A stretch of 63,963 nucleotides of DNA, counting the filler, from Intoshia linei (Eukaryota > Animalia > Orthonectida): the NCBI GenBank assembly GCA_001642005.1. It is 7 parts of 7 records of this genome, joined end to end, with 100 filler letters (N's around TTAATTAATTAA, not from the genome) between each part and the next. Parts side by side here need not be neighbours in the genome. Positions count along the whole stretch, not along the records: positions 48,786 to 58,131 come from LWCA01001373.1; positions 58,232 to 62,311 come from LWCA01001993.1; positions 62,412 to 63,963 come from LWCA01002572.1; 4 more parts are not named here. One strand, given 5' to 3'. This document shows positions 51,701 to 63,963 of the stretch, piece after piece (positions within the stretch are counted from its first letter, which is position 1; each line of letters opens with the position of its first letter). A model generated the notes under the pieces. That model had not been told where the DNA came from. It saw only the letters and a list, made by a program, of their open reading frames with translations, and searched no databases. The translations under genes were made by a program, and so were the position numbers.

Positions 51701-54700
51701 AAACTTTCTGAAAAAATGCCATCCAAGTATATCCATTTACGTTGAATATTTACAAATGTATCAAAAATGGCATTAATGTTATTTAAAGTGTTGTCCCATA
51801 TCTGAGAATCTTGTTCAAATTGTTTAAAATATGGAGAATTTTTCATGGCATTTATACTGCTAATATGTTCAGTTACTGTATTAAATAATTTATCCCATCC
51901 GGTAATAATATTACACTTTTTTTGGTAAACCAATTCTAAACGATAATGTTTCCAAATTTCCTTTATTTGTTTCAAAAAAATTTCCAAAGCCATTTCACCT
52001 TGTGCCACTATAATAATTTGTTTAATCTCAGTTTCATAAGCCAATAAATTCAATTTCCAAAGAGCGCCTATATTTATTTGTTCTAGATTTATCGTAAGAG
52101 AAACAATTTCAGAAATTCCGATCCAATGTCTTTCCCGCATGTGTTCTCCATGAAGCATAGAAATGATGGCGTTGGTTTTTAAATAATTTTGTAATTTTTT
52201 CTTGGTATACTCATAACATGGATATTGCCGATTTCTTAAAGGCATCTGTTGTACAATTTTTATAATTTTTTCAACACTTTTTCGAAGATTTGTTGGTACT
52301 ACGTCTTTGAACAAAATATTTTCTAATTCTTCCAAATCGATAAAAATTTGATTCATATCAATCCACAGATTTTTCATATCATTCAATTCGTCAATATAAA
52401 CCTCCAGTTGTGTTTTAAGAGTAGAATTTGCTCCACTGCTAGAGATGTTTAAAATTTCAAAGGCCTTTTCAATATTGACGGTGCTGGTTTTTAAATTGGC
52501 AAATAAAGTAGAAAACACTGTTATCGATTCTAGAGCTAAAGATGGTACGTTTTCGGCCTTTATTGGTTTTTCCTTTGACCATTTTTCTAATGCAATTTCT
52601 GTTCGAGATGCTATATTTTTTTGCTCAGCTATAACTTGAGATTGAAGAGATGCGAGCTGCGACTCTATAAGTTCCTCTCGTCTTTGAAGAATAGAATTCA
52701 AAGCCGACCATTCCGCTTCAACTTGATCGACATGTAACCAATTCCTCGAGAAATGAAAATGATTTTTTATCAACAATTTCTGACATTCTTTGAAAATATC
52801 AATTTCGTCTTTTTGATCGTTGATATCGTCCCTAATTGATTTGACTTTTGTTACATTTTGAATAGACTCGGTGGTACCACAAGTAAATGAAACCTTTTCC
52901 AGATACGACCGACTAAAAGTTATTTTTGAGTATACAATATTAGATTTATCAGACATAATTTCGGAGAAAATATTAAGAGCGTCCTTGATAAGAATATCAT
53001 ACCGATTAATCACTTTTAATTCGACTCTACAAACATCTATAACCACAAAGCCATACTGAATACTTGAAGATAGAGAATCCAAGTATTTTTTTTCTTTAAC
53101 AATGTTTTCAATTTCCGTGATCCATTTCATCAAATCCAATCCAATTTCTGACGCCAACATTTTCATGTCTATATTCCAGAAACTACAATAATGGGTCCAA
53201 TCCAACATAATTTTCTCAACGGCTAGAACAAGATTTTCGATACTGGTAATTGATTCGTTAATATTAACAACAAAACTTTCATTTTTCATAAGTCTTTCAA
53301 TTACATTATTGTTTGCGTCAATCGCAGCAAGATAATCACTAGCCGATTCGTCCCTTTCAATTTCAATAGAAGCGACAGAGGTGACAACACTAATGAGTGA
53401 ATAAAAATCGTTATATAAAGTACTTTTTAAATTTTCAATAGTTGGGTTTAAATAAATGTTTTCAGCGTCAATTAACACTTCATATTTATATTTTTTATGA
53501 GGTTTGCGTCTTTTCGATGAACCGTCTTTATCAAGTATTGTCTTTTGTTTCAAATTATTTAAATTTTTTTCAACGTGTCTAAATTTCATATTTTCCATCC
53601 ATACTTTTAATTCGATCAAAATTCTCTTTGAAATGATTGTATCAATTTTAGACTGCAAGTTTGTCTTCCAAACATTTAAATATGAAAATTGAGATAAACT
53701 GAGTTCCAATATTGAGTTATTAATATTGCTGACAATTTTTGCAAACTTTGAATTTTCGTAAATGCAATTCTCTAATAACTTCAACTCTTCATCAATCTGA
53801 TTATTTGCTGTCAGAGCTTCATTTACCTTTTCATTGAAAATTATAATAGTTTCCGATAATTTTTGGATATACATGTCCATTTTGTATGATTCCCATGTCA
53901 AAGAACAACCTTCGCGAATAAGATGTTCTACTTTGGATTTAAATTTACTCGTTATCGAGTATATGGAGGGATAAAGATTAATGGACCTGAGGACATTATT
54001 GTAAAGTTTAACGTGTTCGATTAAGACAATTCCAACAGGGTATATGTTTTTTGTAGTGTGGGCTTTATTTGCAATTGAAAGAGGAATTCTAAAACCCATT
54101 AGTTTCAATTGCCTTACTTCCTTGGCTAAAACGATAATTGTAGGAGGAAAATTTACAGAAAGTAAATAATCGCCAATTTTGTTTCTAAAAGTAGAGTTTT
54201 TATTAAATTTTTCTACCAAAAAAATGGAACCAAAATTAAAAGAATCATCATTTTTCACATCTTTAATCCAATTTTCATAAATTTCAGTTGAATCCAGTTT
54301 TTTCATAAAATTTTCAGTTAAAGACTTTAGTTGTTGACCTTCTACATGTTGCTGCCATGATGTACCGAGAACCTGTTCAATCCTTCGCAAATACTGATGC
54401 AGACGTCGTTCCAACATTCTCAACCATAGGATTTTACCAGATACCGGAGGAATATCACGACAAAGGCTCAATTTTGAAGCAGAAGATTTAGAATAATCCA
54501 GTTTACCAATTTCATACAAATCTTCAATATCCGATTTAACAGTTTTTATCAATTGCGATTGGTATTCACGGATAGCACCTCTAATTCGCGATCTCACAAA
54601 TAACGGATTATACTTTGAAAATATACTAAACATTTCATTGGCATTACGAGCAACACTTAATTCTCTTCTCAGCTGTGATGTAATAAACATTTCAAATTTA

Positions 54701-57604
54701 TCAATTTCTTCATTGTACAATTTTACACAATCGTCCCAATTTTTTTTACCTTCCCTATCAATTACCAATGGATTACAATTTAATAGTAGACTATAAGCCT
54801 TTGCAATTTCATCTATCGGGTTTAAACGAAATTTGTTTTCCTTGTTTACACCATTTTCATCGGATTTTACATTAAAAAATGTTTTTGATTTTAAAACAAT
54901 TTTTATAACATTAACAAATTTTTCATAATGCTTTCTAAGCTTTTGAATAGCACAAATTTGATCCTTTAATTTCATATGTGGAAATATACACCTCCAAAAA
55001 GGTTTGATGGATTCATCGCGCTTCTTTTTGTTAATTTCTCTCAGTAAACTTAATAATTTGTCAAAATTATCCTCCCATATATAAAAAATATCCATAGCTT
55101 CCTTCATTTTTGTCAAAAATTCATCAAAAGGAGTAGTCAAAATTTTTTTACCACAAATTACTTTATTCATTTGTATGCACAGATCACGAGATACTGCTTC
55201 AGTTAGTTTTACCAAACGCGTCACTGGATAATTGGAATTTCGAATCTTTCTCATGTGGTTGAAAATAGAATTTAATGATGAACTAATTTTGTCCAAGGTA
55301 GATGCAGCCAATAAATCATTAATTGGAAAATCTTTTAATAAAATGTTGTAGTTGCAAACTAGTTCAAATAATTTTTCAACGCCTATAAAAATGTAATTAC
55401 AAAAAATTGAAAAAAATACCTGTATCCCTTTCGAAACTAGTCGTAGCATGAAACCTTTTCGCTTGTTTAAGAACTTCAATAGTCATTTTGACTCCTGTTG
55501 ATTTCCGAAGAGATATTAGTTTACTAAGAGTAGATTCTAAATGAAACCAAAATTGAATCTCTTGTAAAGTAGTAGTTTTGTCAATATCGTGATTCAACTT
55601 TGTAATTTTTTGAATAGAATTAATCCAACGATTTACACCTTCTTGTAAATTGTTTAAAAATACGTTATTATTTTTCAATTCACCCAAATCATCAATAGTA
55701 GGAATAGCATTTGAATCTATAGCAAGATTGATAATTTCTCTAATATTATCATTGATAGGTAACTGAACGTTAGGGATATCTGTATTTTTTTGAAGTTTTA
55801 CCAAGTTCAGCTCAATTTCACCCAATTGATCTTCAATGTTTAATAACGATTTTTTAGGTATATTGTCAATTAAATTTTTTTTTATTAATTCTCCAAATAT
55901 GGGACCAAGTAAATAACTAAAATGACAATACAGTTCATTGTAGAAATTATTGAAACCAAAAGTAGACATGTGAATTTGGGAGTCAATCGTATCACATTTT
56001 GAAATATGAGATTTGTATTTTACAAAACAAATGCATTTTACAAATGTTTCTACAATTTTGTTTGAACAGATATATTTAATGGATATGATTCTTTTTGAGT
56101 TTTCTTCGTCATACATATCTAAAAATTTTCCATAATTAAAAGCCCTCCAATTAAAAAAAAAATTATTTTGATATAGCTTATTCCAGTTGATACAAATAAA
56201 AAATTTTAACTCCATAAATTTATGCATTCCTGTTATATATTTTCTTACTGAATTTATTTTTTGATAGAATATAAATGTACCTCGGCAGAGCTAGGCGCTG
56301 TTGGTACATAGTACATAACAGTCAACCTATTTACCAAATAAAAATCACATTTGCGATCAGATCAGATCACCAAGTGGATGACAACCATTCTTTACAAAAC
56401 GTGTACAAAAATATTAAAAAGTATCAATTGATGTGTGGCTATCTGTAAAATGTCCATGCAAAAACGACCCTCATGCCGTAATTTTTTCTCTTTTGTTTTT
56501 CATAAATTACGGCTTATTTAATGCATATACCACTTCCTTGTTCATATTAGTTTAATTTAGTGTAATAATAATTTATAAACCATTAAAAAGTAGTACACAG
56601 CTGTTTATATTGACAAGCAGTGGCGACTCTGGCTAATCCAGATCACTCGGGCTAAAAATTTTTATGACAACCGCACATTTTTTTTAATTATATTTGAAAA
56701 TAATAAATATCAAAAAAAAAATTTACAAATACAAATGTAACAAGTAATTATAAACTAAATCTGAAAATTATAAATAGAAAATAAAGATTCAAATTTTTTG
56801 TATCGATATTTAAAATTGACATAACTAAGATATAAATATTTTCTCATAATTATCAGGTGCACTACGCTATATAAATTTAATCTATAGATTTATTTACTAA
56901 GCAAATTTAAATATGTCAGAGTTATATGTATTTAAATTGATTTAAACATTTATACAAATATTTCGCTTACAAGTGATTGTCAAATGAATAATCTTTTCTG
57001 AATTTTGATTCGGAATATATAATTGTGTTCATATTTAAAACTAGAAATTCATTTAATAATTATTAAAAAATTTAACACTCGAAAATATTAAATGTTTTAT
57101 TTTTTTTAATATTTTTCTAATTTTTCAAAAAATATAAAAATATCAACTCGGGCAAAGCCCGAGTTGGAGAGTCACCACTATTGACAAGGTTTGATAGTAT
57201 TAACGCTTTGGCTCTATTGCATTGCATTTTTCACAGCATTAAGGTTCTTACGTAGATAGATATAACATATTTGGTGTATGTTTTTATCATTTCGCTTAAA
57301 GAGCCAAAAAGTTAATTTAGAATTATGAAAATTTACAAAAAAATTTACCTGAATGAACACATTTAAAAATGCAAAAAATCGGGTAAGTGCTATCTTGAAT
57401 GAAATGAGATATCAATGCTTGACCATTTTCGTGATTTAAAATATTCCAAATTGAATCAATGTCATCCAAATATTGAATTTGTTCAATTTCCCTTTGTTTC
57501 GGTTCTAATACCGCTGTAGCAGAATTGCCAATGTACTTTAAAAGGTCACAAGTCTCTACAAAATCATATTCAGGTGTATTTTCAGTTTCCACGTCCATCG
57601 TCAT
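48786..57604 (-). CDS. DYNC1H1: Cytoplasmic dynein 1 heavy chain, N-terminal half (tail, linker, AAA1-AAA2). Exons approx 57604-57348, 56118-55420, 55382-48786; 3' half absent
   Basis: LKQAKRFHATTSF, LLKDFPINDLL, ANEMFSIFSKYNPLFVRSRIRGAIREYQSQLI, GGSPFGPAGTGKTE, CFDEFNRLEERMLSAVSQQ and [21 protein letters not shown] are dynein-1 signatures. Confidence 0.95.
56618..57180. mobile_element. hAT MITE in DYNC1H1 intron 1
   Basis: TIRs CAGTGGCGACTCT...AGAGTCACCACTA with perfect 8-bp TSD TTGACAAG. Confidence 0.92.
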
Positions 57605-59351
57605 TATAGTACGATATAAACAACAAGAGTTAACTTATTAATTGTTTAGTAAAATATTTTAATTTTATCTATAAGTCGATTGTTTTTATCAAATTCAATA
57701 TATGTTTAGTGAAATTTAGACATGGTAAATTTAAAATTTTAATGCAGCATTACATTATTATTGAACAAATTTTAATTATTTTTCTAGAGTTCATCATTAA
57801 GTCTCCAATATATCCTAACTTATATAATATGTCATGTATAAAATTGTTAAAAAAGATTTAATTACAAGCTTACATGATTTAGTGAAGATTTAAATGAAGT
57901 GGACGATAAATGCACTGCATTACAGTTTATTTTACGATATATTCTTGGTTGTGAAATTTTTAATTTGTGGTGGCGGCACCTATAGGTCCCACTCCAGTTT
58001 TTAAAACATCCACCCTTAAATAAAAACTTTACTTATATAATATGCTATGCAATATTTGTTAGTGCCTGTGTGTTACAGTTTATTTCAATAACTACCAGTC
58101 TTAGAATTTTATAAAGTCCACATTTCAATTANNNNNNNNNNNNNNNNNNNNNNNNNNNNNNNNNNNNNNNNNNNNTTAATTAATTAANNNNNNNNNNNNN
58201 NNNNNNNNNNNNNNNNNNNNNNNNNNNNNNNAAAAATTAATCAAAAATATATTTTGTTTCTAAGCAATAAAAGTACTGCTTTTAGTACAACAAAAATATG
58301 GTCAGCCTACATTTAATACCAAATAAACTAAAATTGATAGTACGTATTTTTTCTGGCCACTTTACTTTATACTTAATTTTATTTTAAAACTACTTTGTTG
58401 TATCTTTAACGTAAGTCTTTAATAAAGTCTGTTTTGTCAACTTAATGCTACCAAGTACAATTGTTTTATTATCATTTTTATATTTATTACAATGTTTTGG
58501 CAATACTGTAAAATTCATCTGAAATATGTTTTTAAAGTGCTGATTTTGTTTAGTATTAATTATGATACAAAATTGATATTTTTTACTTATCGAAAGCAGA
58601 TACTGAATGTACATCATCTTCAATTCAGTTTAATTTTTTTTAAAATTAGTATCACAAATGTTAACAAAATAATATGAGACTGCAATAATTCACATTAAAT
58701 TAAAAGGTTATGTGATATGACGGGTCAACTTAAAACAAGTTTGGGAACCATGTCTTTAAAGGATTAATAATAGTGAATAGTTTTTTTTATATTTAAGCAT
58801 TTTTAAGTTAGAATTTCTTATTGAATTTGTTTTGTAGAATAAAATGTCTGCCCTCGGCAAAGCTAGGTGCTGTTTGTATGTAGTACAAAACAGCAATCTA
58901 GTTACTATATATAATTAAGGGTTATTGTAACAAAGTTGATGTTAATTTTAAAGTGCATGCCCAGAGACTTGGAACGATCGTTACACATTTTTTGCGAATA
59001 TGTTTAGTGTCCATTTTTGATTCAGGGTGGGTCCCGAGCATGATAGGTTCGTTTCTGATTCATAGTACACCTTTTTATTGACAATTAAAGAATCTTTATA
59101 TGTATATATTTCAAAATTGACCGTTGGTTTTTAATATTATGAAACATTTAGTACTTTAAGTTATTTAGAAATTTTGACTAACAGTACAGGTAATAATTAT
59201 TAGGTGTATTATTATAATACATGCAAAAATATAATTATAAATATTTATCTTATATTTGATTGAGTTAGGGTTTAATAGATAAAAATGAATTGTAATTATA
59301 ATTCTAGTTGGTAAATTTATTCTGCTGTATACGATAGTGGTAAATAATAAC

Positions 59352-59560
59352 TAGAGCCATTCATAGAGCATAATGACTAGATTACGCAAGATTTTGAGGA
59401 TGTTCTTAAAGATGTTTGCATAGTTGTGAATTACATCATTGTGTTTATTGGTTTACATTTTATCGTTTGATTTAAAATTATATGAAATGTAAACAATTGT
59501 TATATATTGTTGCTTAACGACTTTAGAGCATCTTCAGAGCATCCGATTTGAATGGCTCTA
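59352..59560. mobile_element. hAT MITE
   Basis: TIRs TAGAGCCATTCA...TGAATGGCTCTA with perfect TSD ATAATAAC. Confidence 0.88.
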
Positions 59561-62411
59561 ATAATAACATATTATAGGATTCAATTACTGTTACTGTTTA
59601 ATTAGTATGAAAAGAAAAAAAGTAGTACTATCAGGTTTAACTTATTTAGAGAAAATTTTAAACCAACTATCTACAGATTTACAAAAATAGCAAGCTACTA
59701 TCTGAATATTATTGTATTAAAAATAAAACTCTAAACTGCTTTCAAAAATCTTTAATCAGTAAAGCGATATTAAAAATACAATGATATATTAATTAATGAT
59801 AAATTAAATTATGTAAATATTATGTAATATGTTATTATTATTATAGCTTGTAAATTGATATATTATAGTAAATTGGCAAAAATCCCAGTTAAATTTTGAT
59901 TTTTGTATTCACTGGGATCCACTGTTGTCCTTTCATGTCCCTGATTGTATAATGTACAAAATTTTATTTAATTTAAATTTAATCGTTCTGAAACTAATTT
60001 TGAGCTATAAATATTTTATGATGAAATATTAATGTGACAAGCTGTCACATTACTGTCACTGACGTTATGAAGGTTATAGATTTGTGGAGTACTAGTAACA
60101 TTCCGATTAAACATAAAAAAAATAAAAATAGATGATACAAGTCTGAAATACTCGGTGAAGAAAATTTCATTAATATTATTGATTTAAAGTTTTACGTATG
60201 CTAATGAAAACGAAAAATTTTGACTCATGGCATATCAGAAACTTTAAAAATATTGAAATTATGTGCACTTTAGTCTACATAATTCCAATAAATAAATGTC
60301 GGTGGAAATCTATATAATTGATTCGTTGGGGTTTTTTTATCGGGTTTACCACCATTTAACTTATAATAATTTTGATTTATAGACGGTATATAGCAATTTA
60401 TTATAATTATAGTTACATGTTTTATTGTTAAATAAATTAAAGTCGGTATTTGAATTAAATGTAATCTACAAATAATATGACAGTTCTCAAACCTATTATC
60501 GTTAATCATTATTATTAGTAATAATAACTTATTTTACATATTAGCATTTCTTTACTTGTTTATAAACTACATATATAATTATTATATGTATAATACACAT
60601 GTAAAAATATAGATAATATGTATACATAAATATACATTGCATTTACTTGTAGATCAAAGGCATCAGACTCAGTTTGCTTGGCGGGCCAAATGTGAAATAT
60701 TAAAAAAACCGATTAAATCAATTTATGAGACTACCACCCATATTTGTTTATTGCAAATGTGCAGACATTTAAGGCAATTTTTTTTTAAAATTTTAGGATG
60801 AATATTTACTTTTTAATTTTAATTTACATATTGGTTGATGATACATTAAAAATTATTTTTGACTGGGAATGTGTTTATTTCTGAGTTAAAATTTTGGATT
60901 TATATTAATTAGAATAAACTGTATCAGAAAAATTTTTTTTGATTGTTCGACCGTTAATTATATCAAATTTTTTAATTTACAATCAATGTTAATAAAAAAA
61001 TGAATACTAAGGTTATTTTATGACCGTGAAGGCGTCACTTTGTCAGATTGTAATTTTTTGTGTATGTTCATGTAATATAACTGTATTATGTGTAATTTTT
61101 ATTAAAATTTTAGGACTATTTTCATTTTGTAAAAAAAAGGGCAATCTGAGGTTTTGGTTATGAACATGACTTTTTTAAGGTTGCCATTTAATTTAATGCT
61201 TATGATTTAAAAAAATATACCAGAATTTATTTTTTATGAAATTTTTAAAACCAAAAGTAATTTGTGGTTTTTACCATGAAGGTATACGTTTTTGAGGCTG
61301 ATATTAACAACAATGTTAATGATTTTAAAACGCGTCCTAGAATGTATGTTTTATTACATTTTTGAACTGATGTATTTTTTAAACAAAAGGAGAAATTATG
61401 TTTTTGACTTTGAAAGATTCAAATTCGGATACTGAAACACACTCTGGAAAAAACTGTATTAGAAATTGAGTTATTTTAAATTCTACTGCAGACACACACA
61501 GACATTCAATTTTATTTAAGTGAAGGATAACGCGGTCCGCATAATTTAACCCTGATATAGATGACAAATGTTTTTTTACATATTTCAGATATACTTTTTT
61601 AAAATTATCTAATAATGAGTAATGGTAATCGACAAACTTGGATTTGCTGGAAACGAATTATACAATAATTATGGTTCGTTTATAGCAGGTAAAATATTTT
61701 GTATTATTATATTTGATTATATATGGCACAGGTTGACAACTATTTTTCAAAGTCAACTTTTAAAACATGTTTCTACGATTATAATAGGTAAGAATAGTAC
61801 TTCGTAATTTTTCATAACAATTGACGATTTTTATTAATGACAAAATATTGAACGCGAATTATAATCAGTTTATTTATTTATCGACATAAATCCCATCAAC
61901 TTAATTAAAATTTTCCAAATAATATATTATTATTTATTAAACGTTCAATTTTAGTAGGTTCGTAGATTGTTTTGTTTAATTTATGATATATTTAAATAAA
62001 AAATTATAATTAAAATTACCAGCAAGTAAAATACTAATATAATATACATAATTATATTGTTTCCAGGCATTTTTGGGTAACAGTGATTTTACCATTTTTG
62101 AGAAGTTTTTAATTATTTACTATCGATCTATTGTTACACTAAACAGTATTAAAAACTAGTATGATAGTTTCATGGATAGGTTGAAAAAATATATTATTAT
62201 TGATAAATTTTAGTGGAAATGATTTAAATTATAAAAATGTTATACACAAACACTAACGATTACTTTGATTAGTCGAATATTGTCCTAGATCAGTAGTTCC
62301 CAAAGTGGTTTNNNNNNNNNNNNNNNNNNNNNNNNNNNNNNNNNNNNNNNNNNNNTTAATTAATTAANNNNNNNNNNNNNNNNNNNNNNNNNNNNNNNNN
62401 NNNNNNNNNNN

Positions 62412-63166
62412 GGGTACATGTTACCAAATTTGTCCTCTCTTAATGACTTTAGAGAAGTCTTTGAATAAGTTAGATTATCAGATTGGTGGAGTAAATCAAA
62501 TACAGAATTGTTGTAAATTTCAAAGTAGGATACAAAAAAGGAATACTTTACGTGTCTATCTTCAATTTCTATAGAATTGTTATCGTGTTTATGTTTATTT
62601 TTCGGTGTTTCTGCTCGTTTTTTAATTGATCCATAATTCCTTTGTTCTTCTGATAAAACTTCATCGTCGTCCAGAATTAAATAACCATTCATTTTGTCGG
62701 GTTTTAATCGATATTTTATATTAATTAAACTAGGGTTGATAGAATTAAATATAACGTCCAGAGAGCGAACAATTATACCAGGGTCGTTTTTTGACCCAAT
62801 CATACTATGAGTTTTTCCAGATCCAGTTACGCCGTATGAAAATAATAATGCATTTTCGCCGTTCAAAGCAGATTTAATCAAGTCTAAGGAAATTTCATCG
62901 AAAATTGTTTGTTGTTGGGTAAATTCATCAAAAATGTTTGTAAATTTGTAGTGCATTGATTTTCCAACATTGGATTTTTTAAACATAGACGAATCTGGAG
63001 GGTATGTTTCAATTGTTTCATTATTTAGAATTTTTATACAGTTGCTTTCCAAATCAGTCGGTCTAATTCGACAATAGACTTTAATTAAACTTTCATTTGA
63101 ATAATTTGTAGGTGGTTTTCTTGTGTTATAAAGTGTTTTAGAACGTATTGGTTTCATTGCAGACAT
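62412..63166 (-). CDS. KIF23: Kinesin-6 (MKLP1/KIF23/Pavarotti) motor domain, partial; truncated by a gap
   Basis: KVYCRIRP, GENALLFSYGVTGSGKTHSM, the long kinesin-6 loop-6 insert (KPDKMNGYLI...) and VSYFEIYNN. Start is ATG 63166 or 63157. Confidence 0.88.
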
Positions 63167-63894
63167 TAGTATTTTAATTATCACAATTAAATTTGTATTT
63201 TTAAGTTTGGTTTACAAATTTGAGATTTTGTTAATTTTGATTAAAATTTGTTCTCAATCAAAAATTGCGCGTGAATTTGTATCTATAGTGTTTTGATATT
63301 TATTATGACAACGTTATGTAAATTAATCACTTTACATTTGTGTGTTAATTTTTAGCACACATCCTATACAGTGTAGATAACATGATTATAAATTAGCAGT
63401 CACAAAATGCGAAATAGTTTATAGTTGCAATTTTTTATTGCTTTAATTTTTAAAGAGAAGTGCATTGCTTCTAAAGTTGATATGAGTAAATTTTAAATTT
63501 ATAATAATAATAAAATTTTATTTTATTACAATTCTCATTACGTTATACAAATTAACACTATTCGAGTTCTCAAATTTGAAAATTGATAAAATTTCTATAT
63601 TTTCCAACTACAACTTAATTATACAGTAGATAACAGCGTTAACTTAAATTAAAATTTGTTTACAAATTTCTAAATTTTTTCAGTAGATATTAGATATTTT
63701 CCTTAAAATTAATTCAAAAATATGTCTCGTACATGGACCTCTTCAGTCAAAAAAGCATGTTACAAATTGAAAATACTGAACAATTAAATTATGAAAAACT
63801 GTATACAGAACGTACTTTTTTACTCTTACTCTAAATCTAAAATTAAAATCTTTTCAACACGTATATTGTAAATGTAGAGACCGTCCATATAGTA

Positions 63895-63963
63895 CAGTGC
63901 TTCTCAAATTTTTTTGAGCATTCACCCCCTGTGACACATATTTTTGTTCTATTCACCCCCAAT
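63895..63963. mobile_element. Left end of the hAT MITE family seen at 41851
   Basis: CAGTGCTTCTCAAA...TTCACCCCCTGTGACACATATTTTTGTTCTATTCACCCCCAAT is near-identical to 41851-41919. Confidence 0.85.

Noticed and set aside
55383-55479. ORF-track start MKFLNKRK of the 2249-aa ORF
   Set aside because: It is read-through of a 37-nt intron and an out-of-frame exon. The real gene starts near 57604.

Overview
This is very AT-rich eukaryotic (metazoan) genomic DNA, not prokaryotic. It is made of 7 contigs joined by artificial 100-bp linkers (N44-TTAATTAATTAA-N44). Many introns are only 34-40 nt long. That trait, with the low GC and fast-evolving proteins, would fit a reduced animal genome such as the orthonectid Intoshia, but the organism is an inference. 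Spliced genes reconstructed by hand: a complete divergent G-protein beta subunit (+), an orphan multi-exon gene (+), TIM17 (-), a partial cystinosin (+), the C-terminal half of axonemal dynein DNAH1 (-), a hidden multi-exon orphan gene (-), the N-terminal half of cytoplasmic dynein DYNC1H1 (-) and a partial kinesin-6/KIF23 (-). Introns and intergenic DNA are packed with mobile DNA: a very abundant non-autonomous Helitron-like family (A|TC...CTAG|T), several hAT MITE families with perfect 8-bp TSDs, Tc1 DD34E elements, a MULE, hAT/CGGBP-like transposase relics and two LTR-retrotransposon 3' ends. The most notable points are spliceosomal introns inside transposase catalytic cores, two complementary half-dyneins of different classes in tandem across gaps, and a frame-preserving GC-rich candidate cassette exon or structured RNA in a TIM17 intron.
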